A DNA stretch of 64,000 bases from Chlamydiota bacterium. Its GTDB lineage: Bacteria; Chlamydiota; Chlamydiia; Chlamydiales; JAAKFR01. The position numbers were made by a program, and so were the translations under genes. Below the pieces are notes generated by a model. That model saw only the letters and a list, made by a program, of their open reading frames with translations. It did not search any database and was not told where the DNA came from. Positions 43,360 to 54,780 of the stretch are shown piece after piece. Where the stretch lies: the NCBI GenBank assembly GCA_021772455.1, contig JAJFLY010000008.1:10741-74740 (forward strand). The letters run 5' to 3'. Each line of letters begins with the position of its first letter. The stretch's first letter is position 1.

Positions 43360-44461
43360 TGTCTTCTCGATATTGTGCCATTATCTCAACCATAAAATGT
43401 AAATTATGAATCGTTGCAAGCGTCAAGCACGTCACCTCACGCGCCTTAAATAGGTGGTGCAAGTAGGCAAGGGTGTGGGTTTGGCAGGTTGGGCATGTGC
43501 ACCCTGTTTCAATCGGCTCAAAACAGGTCGCGTACTTGCTCTGATTAATTTTTACCCCTCCAGTTTTAGTGAGCAGCATGCCATGGCGCGCTGCGCGTGT
43601 CGGGTAGGAGCTATCAAAGGTATCGATTCCAAGTGGTACGAGTTCTTGGATCGAGGGGAGATCACCGATGCCGAGCAGGTGATTGGGTTTCTCTTCGGGC
43701 AAAAATGGGCGAGTATAGGCGATGAGTTCACGCAGCTCTTTTTTATTTTTCCCTACACTTCCTCCGATCGCAAACCCATCAAAAGGGAGCTTAGTGAGCG
43801 TTTCACAGCTAAGTTTACGCAGTTCTTGTGAGATCCCTCCATGAATGACGGCATACATTCCTTGGTTCTGGGGGTTGGCTAGGTGGGTCTCGAGTGAGCG
43901 CATCTCCCAACGGTGTGTGCGGGCGAGCGATTTTTTTAGATCGTCATCTTGGATGTGGTAGGGAGGAAGCTCATCGAGAGGGATAATGATATCGGCGCCC
44001 AAGTCTTTTTGTGCTTGAACGGAAGATTCGGGGGTGAGCACGATTTTCTGTCCGTCGCGGTACGAGCGGAAGGTAACACCCTCTTCGTTAATTTTTAATA
44101 CACACCCATCCCCCTTTTTTTTGCCGCGGCTTTTGAGCTCATCATGGACAGAGCCATAGGCGAGGCTGAAAACTTGAAAGCCTCCGGAATCGGTAATCAG
44201 GGGTTGTTTCCGTTTGATGAATTTATGGAGCCCGCCTGCTTGTTTTACGATATCTGTTCCAGGCTGGAGGAGGAGGTGGTAGGTGTTGCAAAACATGAGC
44301 TGCAAACCGAGTTCATCGGCAAGCTCGTTATTCAACGCTTTTAAGGTGCCATTGGTGCCGACGGCGACAAAATTGGGTGTGTCGATGATGCCGTGGGGTG
44401 TATGGATTCGACCGACTCGGGCATGCGATTTTTTTGATTTGTGTAGAATTTCAAACTTCAT
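43340..44461 (-). CDS. tgt: tRNA-guanine transglycosylase (queuine/preQ1 tRNA-ribosyltransferase, 373 aa)
   Basis: ITDSGGFQVFSL, GIDTFDSSYPTR, Zn site CTCPTCQTHTLAYLHHL. Confidence 0.9.
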   Translation of the reverse strand: MKFEILHKSKKSHARVGRIHTPHGIIDTPNFVAVGTNGTLKALNNELADELGLQLMFCNTYHLLLQPGTDIVKQAGGLHKFIKRKQPLITDSGGFQVFSLAYGSVHDELKSRGKKKGDGCVLKINEEGVTFRSYRDGQKIVLTPESSVQAQKDLGADIIIPLDELPPYHIQDDDLKKSLARTHRWEMRSLETHLANPQNQGMYAVIHGGISQELRKLSCETLTKLPFDGFAIGGSVGKNKKELRELIAYTRPFLPEEKPNHLLGIGDLPSIQELVPLGIDTFDSSYPTRAARHGMLLTKTGGVKINQSKYATCFEPIETGCTCPTCQTHTLAYLHHLFKAREVTCLTLATIHNLHFMVEIMAQYREDIIADRI

Positions 44462-45155
44462 GGGGTATCACTCGCTTAGAAAAATAGATAAATGGTGAGG
44501 AGAGTAGGATTACAATCCCTTTGACCACCAGGCTGAACAAAATAATATGGCCGATGTTTTGTACAAGGCCGTAGAGTCCGAGAAAGGAGAAGAGGAGCGT
44601 GTCGAGTGTTTGTGAGAGAATTAGAGCGAGGGTAGTGCGACCAGTTAAATATTTTCCGCCTGTTTTTTTATGCAAAAAGCCGAAAAAGGCGAGATCAAAG
44701 AATTGGACAACAAGAAAAGAGAATAAAGAGGCAAGCATCAAGCGTGGCATCGGGTTAAGAAGAAAAGTAAAGTGGGAGTGGGCCAAGTCGTGGGAATTGG
44801 GAGCGTAGGCGAGTTGGATTTGAGAGAGCAAAACAAAGCTTATTGAGATAAAAAGTGAGATCCAAACTGTTCGATTTGCTGTTTTACGCCCAAAAAATTC
44901 TTGAATTAAATTCAAACCTAGAAGATACCCTACACCCAGAGCATCGCTCGATGTGACGCTTAAGCCAAAAAGAGTGATTTGTTTAAGTACAAAGAGATTC
45001 ATGGTAACTGCCAAGAGCGCAAGCCATGCAATCATAAGCTCTTTGCCGAAACGTAATGCAAATAGGGTAAGCCCGCAAATCGTTGTGACATGGAGCGCAA
45101 GGATCAAGGAATTCATGGAAAGCAGTATGCCACAAAAAAAGAAAACGCTCATCAT
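44451..45155 (-). CDS. yhhQ: queuosine-precursor transporter (YhhQ / VUT, DUF165 family, 234 aa)
   Basis: LASLFSFLVVQFFDLAFFGFLHKKTGGKYLTGRTTLALILSQTLDTLLFSFLGLYG matches the family core. An 11-nt overlap with the tgt start. An alternative ATG exists at 45116. Confidence 0.75.
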   Translation of the reverse strand: MMSVFFFCGILLSMNSLILALHVTTICGLTLFALRFGKELMIAWLALLAVTMNLFVLKQITLFGLSVTSSDALGVGYLLGLNLIQEFFGRKTANRTVWISLFISISFVLLSQIQLAYAPNSHDLAHSHFTFLLNPMPRLMLASLFSFLVVQFFDLAFFGFLHKKTGGKYLTGRTTLALILSQTLDTLLFSFLGLYGLVQNIGHIILFSLVVKGIVILLSSPFIYFSKRVIPHEV

Positions 45156-45909
45156 GAAATTTGGGGGAGCTGCTACAAAGACTCCCGAGTGTTTTTCCTC
45201 TCTGGCCCAGTTGATTCTTGAAAGAAAAAATGAATATCCACAAATTGTGGCTGTGGTAAGCGCGATGGGAGGGATGACCGATCACCTGATCTCCCTTGCC
45301 AAGCAGGTCAATCCCACACCGCCACACCGTGAATACGATATGCTTGTGAGTGCCGGTGAGAGGATCAGCATCTCACTTTTGGCGATGGCTCTAGCTGCCC
45401 AAGGGGGGCAAGCTGTCAGCTTTACCGGGAGTCAATCTGGAATTTTAACCACTGATGAGCACTCAGAGGCGCGGATTATTGAGGTGCGCCCAAACCGTCT
45501 TCATCCACACCTTGAATCTGGAAAAATTGTGATTGTGGCGGGTTTTCAAGGGGTGAGTAAGAGTAAAGAAATTACTACACTTGGACGTGGGGGGTCCGAT
45601 ACCTCAGCTGTTGCCCTTGGTATTGCCCTTAGAGCAGAGAAGGTCGAATTTTATAAGGATGTGAAGGGGATTTTTTCCAATGATCCGATTCACGATCCAG
45701 AAGCTTTCTTTTTTCAACAGTTAACATATGAGGAAGCATTGGATGTTGTTGAGAAAAGTGGGGGGAGAGTCATTCATCCGCGCGCCTTGAAATTGGCACA
45801 AAAAAATACCCTTCCTTTACATGTACGCTCTTTTCAGAATTTAGAAGGAGAGGGAACTTTAATCTCAGCCATGAATCTACAATCCGTGGGAACTTTTTAT
45901 GAAGAGTGA
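45115..45909 (+). CDS. lysC: aspartokinase catalytic (amino-acid-kinase) domain only, no ACT domains (~261-265 aa)
   Basis: KFGGAA, VVSAMGGMTDHL, SAGERISISLLAMAL, VAGFQGV, TTLGRGGSDTSAVALG, YKDVKGIFSNDP. I trimmed the ORF-track start at 44953 (ATG at 45115 or 45127). The protein ends ~10 residues after the kinase fold. Confidence 0.8.
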   Translation: MESSMPQKKKTLIMKFGGAATKTPECFSSLAQLILERKNEYPQIVAVVSAMGGMTDHLISLAKQVNPTPPHREYDMLVSAGERISISLLAMALAAQGGQAVSFTGSQSGILTTDEHSEARIIEVRPNRLHPHLESGKIVIVAGFQGVSKSKEITTLGRGGSDTSAVALGIALRAEKVEFYKDVKGIFSNDPIHDPEAFFFQQLTYEEALDVVEKSGGRVIHPRALKLAQKNTLPLHVRSFQNLEGEGTLISAMNLQSVGTFYEE

Positions 45910-47770
45910 GTTTCCCCGTATCGCTATCGACATGGAAAATGAACCGAACTTTTGTGTCGATGGTGTCAATAGGATTATGCACCACCTTGTTCCGCCTAGT
46001 TTTTTTCAGGATGAAGAGGGAAGCGCCCTTTTTGCAGCCCAACTTCCAATAATAAATTGGACGCCTCTCTCAGAGCCCCCCTTTGATATCTCGTTTTTTA
46101 TCTGTTGCCGCTTTCGTCCTAATGCCTATCGCTTCTTCCATGAGATGGTGAGCCGCTGGCTTATTCCTGGAAAACGGCTAAATTCCCTTGTGCAGTTTGC
46201 GACCGATTTCTCTTTTCCAGAGCTCAGTTCTCAGAAATATATCGGGGGTGAGGTGATGGTGCGGATCGAAAATACTCATGAACTTGAAACACTTAAACGA
46301 AATTTATCGATCGTGGAAAGTGAAATCCGCCTGGGTGTTGAATCGTACTACCAAGCGTGCCGTATTTTGGAAATTAAAGGGTTAAGCACAGATGAAAAAA
46401 CGGCACTAATCCAGGAGAGTATCGTCCCCCTTGTTCACCGCCGTCCCCAGGATTTTGATTACGATATCCTCTCTGAGATGCAACACTTTCTTGTGATGTG
46501 TAAAGAAGGCTTTAAAGCCGAGCGTACCTATCGCCATATGAGCCGTATTATTTGCGTCCACTACCTATTTAGGCGCGCTCTTAAGCTCTCTCTCGAATCC
46601 TTTCCCGATCGACGCTATATCAGTGTTAAGCTTGTGCGGGCGAAGCTCTTTGAGAAGCGTTCTGTATTGGGAATTGCAATTGGATTAAGCTATATCCATG
46701 ATAATGAGCTATTTGAAATTCGTCATATTTTAAGTGGGATTCAAGCTATTCTCCCAAAGGCAAAAAAAGTGACCGGCTCATTTTTTCAAAATAAGGGGCG
46801 CTCAGATCCTATTTGCACATTCTACTTGGAAATTGAATTAGAGGGGGGATTTACCCTTGATGAGCAGAGGCTTTTAAAAGATGCGCTTCCCTCAGAGTTA
46901 AAAAACCGATTTGAGAAACGGCTTAGTCCTGTCTTCATGCCTCAAAACGAAGAAATGGTGATGCGCAATATTGTGACATTGAGCCATCAGTTAAAATTTG
47001 TGGGTGATTTACCTCAAGTGATGATCGACTTTAATCAACAAATGGAAGAACACCTGGAATTTTTGGTTATTCTCGCCCGGGTTGCCAAAGAGGGGAGTCC
47101 TTCAATTCATGACCACTTCAAAAATAAGCCCACCTATCTTGAATTTGTTCACGATCGGAAAAAAAATGTAGGGATGTTGCGGAAAAAATATCCCAAAGAA
47201 GCAAGTGTCTTTCGCTTAAGGATTCGCAAGCAGCCATTTTTTCGGAAAAATCACTCTGTTGATCTCTATAAAGCAAGGAAAGAGATTGCCTTGGAGCTTA
47301 CTCGTCTAATTGGAGAATTTAGAGATTACAATGGAGGGACAATTTCAAAGGAGACGGAGCTATTTGATCATTTGATCGAAAGTATGGGAAAATTAGCAAA
47401 AGAGAACGCCTTCTTACTTGAGAATTACTTTTATGCGTTAACCCCACCCATCTTGAGAAGTGTCCTTCCCCCTGAGCCAATTGAAAAACTTTTTTTAATG
47501 ATTCTAGAAGAAGAGCTGGATGAAGACCAGCCCTATGCGATACGGATTCAAGAGGATTCAAATTATTTATATGCATTAATTACCTCTGTAGACGACCATT
47601 TCCATAAAACCCTCCCTCTAGAGGATTATGGGGCGAAGATCGCAACTTGTCTCGTGCCTCAGAACGATTTTTCCAGCTTCGGGCTAATTCTACGCTCACC
47701 TACAACCCAGGAGTCACTGACTCTGCGCCTCTCTATTGAAGAGATGATGTCCACTCAATTAAAAAATTAA
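45899..47770 (+). CDS. uncharacterised 623-aa protein, paralog of the N-terminal domain of 19122-22562
   Basis: Full-length collinearity with residues ~1-635 of the OppA-fusion ORF. Its start overlaps the aspartokinase stop by 11 nt. No signal peptide or TM. Confidence 0.75.
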   Translation: MKSEFPRIAIDMENEPNFCVDGVNRIMHHLVPPSFFQDEEGSALFAAQLPIINWTPLSEPPFDISFFICCRFRPNAYRFFHEMVSRWLIPGKRLNSLVQFATDFSFPELSSQKYIGGEVMVRIENTHELETLKRNLSIVESEIRLGVESYYQACRILEIKGLSTDEKTALIQESIVPLVHRRPQDFDYDILSEMQHFLVMCKEGFKAERTYRHMSRIICVHYLFRRALKLSLESFPDRRYISVKLVRAKLFEKRSVLGIAIGLSYIHDNELFEIRHILSGIQAILPKAKKVTGSFFQNKGRSDPICTFYLEIELEGGFTLDEQRLLKDALPSELKNRFEKRLSPVFMPQNEEMVMRNIVTLSHQLKFVGDLPQVMIDFNQQMEEHLEFLVILARVAKEGSPSIHDHFKNKPTYLEFVHDRKKNVGMLRKKYPKEASVFRLRIRKQPFFRKNHSVDLYKARKEIALELTRLIGEFRDYNGGTISKETELFDHLIESMGKLAKENAFLLENYFYALTPPILRSVLPPEPIEKLFLMILEEELDEDQPYAIRIQEDSNYLYALITSVDDHFHKTLPLEDYGAKIATCLVPQNDFSSFGLILRSPTTQESLTLRLSIEEMMSTQLKN

Positions 47771-47837
47771 TTATTATTCAAAATTAAACAAAGAAATGGT
47801 AAAATTGTTTATGAATAATACATAAAAGGGGGTAATT

Positions 47838-48089
47838 ATGTCAGGTTTAAGAGATTGTGCTCAAGCTATACGAAAGAGCGGTTTTGAGTGCTCAACGAGC
47901 AAGATTGCTGGAGTTGGGGCGGCTCTGACAGGGCTCTGTATGGTGGCATTGGCGATTATTCTGGCAGCAGGAACGCAAGGTGCTGGGCAAATGTACTTTA
48001 TGGCTGCTTTCTCAGCCGCAGGATCAATTTTACCATTCGCTTTAGCTGCTCATTTATTCTGTGATCACGAGGGGGAAGCTAATGGCTAG
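47838..48089 (+). CDS. small Inc-like two-TM protein (83 aa), tandem copy 1
   Basis: RBS AAGGGGG, then two Gly/Ala-rich hydrophobic helices (IAGVGAALTGLCMVALAIILAAG / MYFMAAFSAAGSILPFALAAHLF). Confidence 0.6.
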   Translation: MSGLRDCAQAIRKSGFECSTSKIAGVGAALTGLCMVALAIILAAGTQGAGQMYFMAAFSAAGSILPFALAAHLFCDHEGEANG

Positions 48090-48378
48090 TAGTTTGTCTG
48101 GAGTTCTTTCATCTGGTGACTGTGAACTGACAACTAATAAGGTTGTTGGAGCGGCATCACTTGCAACAGGAGTTTCGACGATGGCTTTAGGGGCAATTGC
48201 TGGATCGGGCGTGTTTGGCGGCGGCGATATGTATTACGTTGCGGGTGGGCTTGTTGTCGGTTCGGTAATTTCATTTTTTGTAGCGGCTCATCAACTATCT
48301 TCTTGTTGTAAAAAAGATGATTCTAGCGATTACCTACTAGCTGCGATGAAAACCCAGCAAGAGTTGAGGGATCCCTAG
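48082..48378 (+). CDS. small Inc-like two-TM protein (98 aa), tandem copy 2
   Basis: The ATG at 48082 overlaps the upstream stop (ATGGCTAG). It aligns with copy 1 (VVGAASLATGVSTMALGAIAGSG / MYYVAGGLVVGSVISFFVAAHQL). Confidence 0.6.
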   Translation: MASSLSGVLSSGDCELTTNKVVGAASLATGVSTMALGAIAGSGVFGGGDMYYVAGGLVVGSVISFFVAAHQLSSCCKKDDSSDYLLAAMKTQQELRDP

Positions 48379-48380
48379 AA

Positions 48381-48689
48381 ATGCTGCAATCTCTTAAAAA
48401 TTGTCACTGTTTAAACACTATTCGGCCATACATCACAAATGATACCTGTGCATTTGCGGCAACTGTAACGGCTATTGCTTTGCTGTCTTTAGCCTTTCTT
48501 CTAAATGGGAGTGTTTATAATGGAAGTTTTTGGCGCCTCCAATCAGGAGGTATTCTTTGGACAGGAAAATTTACTGGTCACCTGCTAGTAGACCTTTCTT
48601 TTTTCAGCGGCATTGCCACAGCCGCTCTCGCCAGTGCGTTGCTTTTGTGTCCAAATAGATGTATTTCTATTCGGCAACGGTGCTTCTAA
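48381..48689 (+). CDS. small two-TM membrane protein (102 aa), third gene of the array
   Basis: It starts 2 nt after the upstream stop and has two hydrophobic helices (FAATVTAIALLSLAFLL / LSFFSGIATAALASALLL). Confidence 0.55.
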   Translation: MLQSLKNCHCLNTIRPYITNDTCAFAATVTAIALLSLAFLLNGSVYNGSFWRLQSGGILWTGKFTGHLLVDLSFFSGIATAALASALLLCPNRCISIRQRCF

Positions 48690-48781
48690 GCGACTAAATT
48701 TCAGAGCTGCTTTTTTTGTTGATGTTTCGGGGCGGTTCCGGTATTCTTTCCATCTAATATTGAGAGTGAATTTTGAGGAAT

Positions 48782-49117
48782 ATGGCAGACCGAAATAACC
48801 GCCCTAGGTACTACAACGGCCCGATTCCAACTACACGCCACATCTCGCAGGTTCTTCCAAGTCTCCTTAGAAATATTGGAAGAAAATTCCAAGATCGCCC
48901 CGATTTGGTTTTAGCTTCTTGGCCAGATGTAGTTGGACAAAAACTCGCTCCTATGACACAAGCGCTTTCTTTCAGCGATGGCTTTTTGGTTGTGAAAGTC
49001 AATAACTCAACTCTCTATAGTCTACTGACTCAAAACGATAAACCTAGATTAATTAAAAACTTAAGAGATAAATTCCCCCAAACGATGATCAAATCGATCG
49101 TCTTTCAATTGGGCTAA
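48782..49117 (+). CDS. DUF721 (DciA-like) protein (111 aa)
   Basis: ISQVLPSLLRNIG...LASWPDVVGQKLAPMTQALSFSDGFLVVKVNNSTLYSLL...RLIKNL is the typical DUF721 pattern. It lies directly upstream of gyrB. Confidence 0.7.
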   Translation: MADRNNRPRYYNGPIPTTRHISQVLPSLLRNIGRKFQDRPDLVLASWPDVVGQKLAPMTQALSFSDGFLVVKVNNSTLYSLLTQNDKPRLIKNLRDKFPQTMIKSIVFQLG

Positions 49118-51613
<2,496 letters not shown>

Positions 51614-51623
51614 GAATTCACTC

Positions 51624-54125
51624 ATGTCATTTAGAGAAAATGAAATCATTATAAACCGCAATCTCGAAGATGAGATGAAAGAGAGCTACTTACGCTACTC
51701 GATGTCAGTGATTATCTCGCGAGCGTTGCCTGATGTGCGTGATGGTCTCAAGCCTTCTCAGCGCCGTATTTTATTTGCTATGCGCCAGTTGAACCTTTCT
51801 CCTGGCGGAAAGCATAGAAAATGTGCGAAAATTTGTGGGGATACATCTGGAGATTACCATCCACACGGTGAATCGGTGATTTATCCGACGCTTGTACGGA
51901 TGGCTCAACACTGGTCGATGCGCTATCGCCTCGTCGATGGGCAGGGAAACTTTGGTTCGGTTGATGGCGATCCTCCTGCTGCGATGCGGTATACGGAAGC
52001 GCGTTTGACGGCCAGCTCTGTTCAACTCATGGAAGATCTCGACAAAGACACAGTGGACATGGTGCCCAACTATGACGAAACGCGAGTAGAGCCTACGGTT
52101 TTTCCATCGAAGTTTCCCAATCTTCTGTGCAACGGTTCCACCGGTATCGCTGTGGGTATGGCCACAAATATTCCAACCCACAACCTTGGTGAGCTCATTG
52201 ATGCGACACTTTTGGTTTTGGAAAACAAAGATGTTACGATCGAAGAGATCATGCAGGTGATGCCAGGTCCTGACTTTCCAACAGGGGGGCTCATTTGTGG
52301 TTTCAAGGGAATCTACGACGCCTATCACACTGGGCGTGGGCGGTTGATTTGCCGCGGATTGGTTCATACAGAAGATAATCCCGATCAAGTGAACCGTGAG
52401 CGCGTTGTGATCGATGAGATTCCTTACAATGTCAATAAGTCCCGTTTAGTCGAACAGATTGCAGATCTTGTTAACAACAAAGTTGTGACGGCAATCAGCG
52501 ATGTGCGCGATGAGTCTGATAAAGATGGAATGCGCATTGTCATCGAACTTAAGCGAAATGAAATTCCCGATGTGGTAATCAATCAGCTCTACAAATATAC
52601 CGACATGCAGGTCACATTCGGGTGCAATATGCTTGCGCTCGACAAAAACTTGCCACGCACGATGACAATCAAGCAAATGATTGTCGCGTGGACCCACCAT
52701 CGTATCGAAGTAATCCGTCGCCGTACCCGTTTTGAGCTTAATAAAGCCGAAGCCCGTGCCCACATTCTAGAAGGGTATTTGAAAGCGATCGAGCATCTCG
52801 ATGAAGTTGTAAAAATTATTCGTGGATGTGCCAATCGTGACGAAGCTCGTGAGGAGTTAATCGCGCGCTTCCAATTCTCTGAGCGTCAAACAAATGCTGT
52901 TCTCGACCTCCGTCTTTATCAATTAACAGGCCTCGAGCAAGACAAGATCAACGGTGAGTACGAAGAACTTCTCAAGAAAATTGAGTATCTCCGTTCTGTT
53001 TTGGCAAGTGAGCAGCTTGTTCGTGGAATTATTTCTGAAGAGCTTCTCTCAATTAAAAAATCGAATCCTTCTCCACGCATGACGCAGATCGTCCAGGCAG
53101 AAGGGGATTTTAATATGGAAGATCTCATTGCCGATGAGCCAGTGATTATTACGATTTCTGAAGATGATTACGTCAAAAGAATGCCGATCGATACATTCCG
53201 TGAGCAGAAGCGGGGAGGCCAAGGTGTTGCTGGCTTCGATATGAAGCGAGAGACTGATGCTCTTAAAAGCGTCTACGCGGCCTCTACTCATGACCACCTT
53301 CTGATCTATACGAATTTTGGGCGTTGTTATTGGTTGAAAGTGTGGCAGCTTCCTGAAGGAGAGAGGCGCTCTAAAGGTAAGGCTTTGATCAACTTCCTTG
53401 AGGGGATCCAGGAAGGTGAGCGGATTGCCACTATTTTGCGAACCAAAAAATTTGAAGCAGACCGTTATGTCTTGATGTCGACGAAAAATGGAATTGTAAA
53501 GAAGACAGATCTTTCGAACTTCAGCAATCCTCGCCGCAAGGGAATTCGTGCGATCGAGATCGATGAAAACGATGAACTCATTGCCGCCCGCTTGGTAGGG
53601 GGAGATCAACAAGTGATGCTCTTTACTCATGAAGGTATGGCGGTGCGCTTCGAGCATGGAAAAGTACGTGCAATGGGACGTACAGCTCGTGGTGTAAAAG
53701 GGGTGAGTTTGCGTAACGAGAACGACCGCGTAGTTGGATGTGAGGTGATTTCTAGCGAAGAAGATACCATTCTTGTTGTGTGTGAGAAAGGATTTGGAAA
53801 GCGTTCCTTTGTTGGAGATTTCCGTCAGACAAACCGGGGTGGTAAAGGGGTGCGTTCCATCATCACAAGCGAGCGGAATGGAAATGTTCTGGGAGCTGTT
53901 TCCGTTTCCAATGACGACGGTCTTCTAATGATGTCTGTTCAAGGGCAAACTGTGCGCATTAGCATGAAAGATCTCCGCATATTGGGACGGGCAACACAAG
54001 GAGTGAAGCTTCTTAACTTGAAGAAAGGCGATACCCTCATCGCAGTCGAAAAGCTTGAGGGTGTTGAAAAAGAAGATCTTGAGGATGTTGTAGAAGAGGA
54101 GACTACGGATGCAGCAGATCAATAA
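51624..54125 (+). CDS. gyrA: DNA gyrase subunit A (833 aa)
   Basis: YLRYSMSVIISRALPDVRDGLKPSQRRIL, the active-site Tyr context AAMRYTEARL, and C-terminal beta-pinwheel repeats with GRxxxGV motifs. Confidence 0.97.
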   Translation: MSFRENEIIINRNLEDEMKESYLRYSMSVIISRALPDVRDGLKPSQRRILFAMRQLNLSPGGKHRKCAKICGDTSGDYHPHGESVIYPTLVRMAQHWSMRYRLVDGQGNFGSVDGDPPAAMRYTEARLTASSVQLMEDLDKDTVDMVPNYDETRVEPTVFPSKFPNLLCNGSTGIAVGMATNIPTHNLGELIDATLLVLENKDVTIEEIMQVMPGPDFPTGGLICGFKGIYDAYHTGRGRLICRGLVHTEDNPDQVNRERVVIDEIPYNVNKSRLVEQIADLVNNKVVTAISDVRDESDKDGMRIVIELKRNEIPDVVINQLYKYTDMQVTFGCNMLALDKNLPRTMTIKQMIVAWTHHRIEVIRRRTRFELNKAEARAHILEGYLKAIEHLDEVVKIIRGCANRDEAREELIARFQFSERQTNAVLDLRLYQLTGLEQDKINGEYEELLKKIEYLRSVLASEQLVRGIISEELLSIKKSNPSPRMTQIVQAEGDFNMEDLIADEPVIITISEDDYVKRMPIDTFREQKRGGQGVAGFDMKRETDALKSVYAASTHDHLLIYTNFGRCYWLKVWQLPEGERRSKGKALINFLEGIQEGERIATILRTKKFEADRYVLMSTKNGIVKKTDLSNFSNPRRKGIRAIEIDENDELIAARLVGGDQQVMLFTHEGMAVRFEHGKVRAMGRTARGVKGVSLRNENDRVVGCEVISSEEDTILVVCEKGFGKRSFVGDFRQTNRGGKGVRSIITSERNGNVLGAVSVSNDDGLLMMSVQGQTVRISMKDLRILGRATQGVKLLNLKKGDTLIAVEKLEGVEKEDLEDVVEEETTDAADQ

Positions 54126-54780
54126 GCCCTACGAAGGGTTATTTATAACTGTTGAGGGTGGAGAAGGATCTGGAAAAACTTCCATTTGTGAACAGCTTAG
54201 CTTAACTCTTAATGCCCGTGGCTACGAAGTGATTTTAACGCGCGAGCCGGGAGGCTCTCCACTTTCTGAGGTGCTCCGCGATATCTTGTTGAACCCCGAA
54301 AAACAGTATAGTATTGGCGAACGGGCTGAGCTTCTCCTTTTTTTAGCAGCCCGTGCCCAGCACATTGAAGAGCAAATTTTACCAGCTCTACGTCACGGCA
54401 AGGTCGTGATTTGCGATCGTTATAACGACTCTTCGATCGCCTATCAAGGATGCGCACGCCATTTAGGTAAGAGTTACGTTGAGCAACTTTGTCATCTTGC
54501 GACAGAAGATTTAGCCGAGCCTAACTGCACTCTTTTTCTTGATCTCGATCCGACCATTGGGATGGAGCGGGTTAAGAACTTGCGAGGAGACCAGTTTGAT
54601 CGACTCGAGCAGGAGAAATTACAATTTCACCAAGAGGTGCGCCAAGGGTATCTCCATTTAGCTGATGAACACCACGACCGGATAGAGGTGATCGATGCCT
54701 CTTTATCACTTGAGGAGGTAGTTGGATCGTGCTTAAAAGCATTGGAACCCCACCTCACTTTGAAACCTGTTCATGAATAG
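54109..54780 (+). CDS. tmk: thymidylate kinase (223 aa)
   Basis: P-loop VEGGEGSGKTS, TREPGG, DRY. It overlaps the gyrA stop by 17 nt. Confidence 0.9.
   Translation: MQQINKPYEGLFITVEGGEGSGKTSICEQLSLTLNARGYEVILTREPGGSPLSEVLRDILLNPEKQYSIGERAELLLFLAARAQHIEEQILPALRHGKVVICDRYNDSSIAYQGCARHLGKSYVEQLCHLATEDLAEPNCTLFLDLDPTIGMERVKNLRGDQFDRLEQEKLQFHQEVRQGYLHLADEHHDRIEVIDASLSLEEVVGSCLKALEPHLTLKPVHE

Noticed and set aside
51771-53657. Long antisense ORFs inside gyrA (205 aa at 51771-52388; 202 aa at 53049-53657; also 105, 81 and 69 aa).
   Set aside because: The plus strand encodes a full-length, motif-perfect GyrA. The antisense frames have no start context, motifs or sensible composition. They are typical shadow ORFs.
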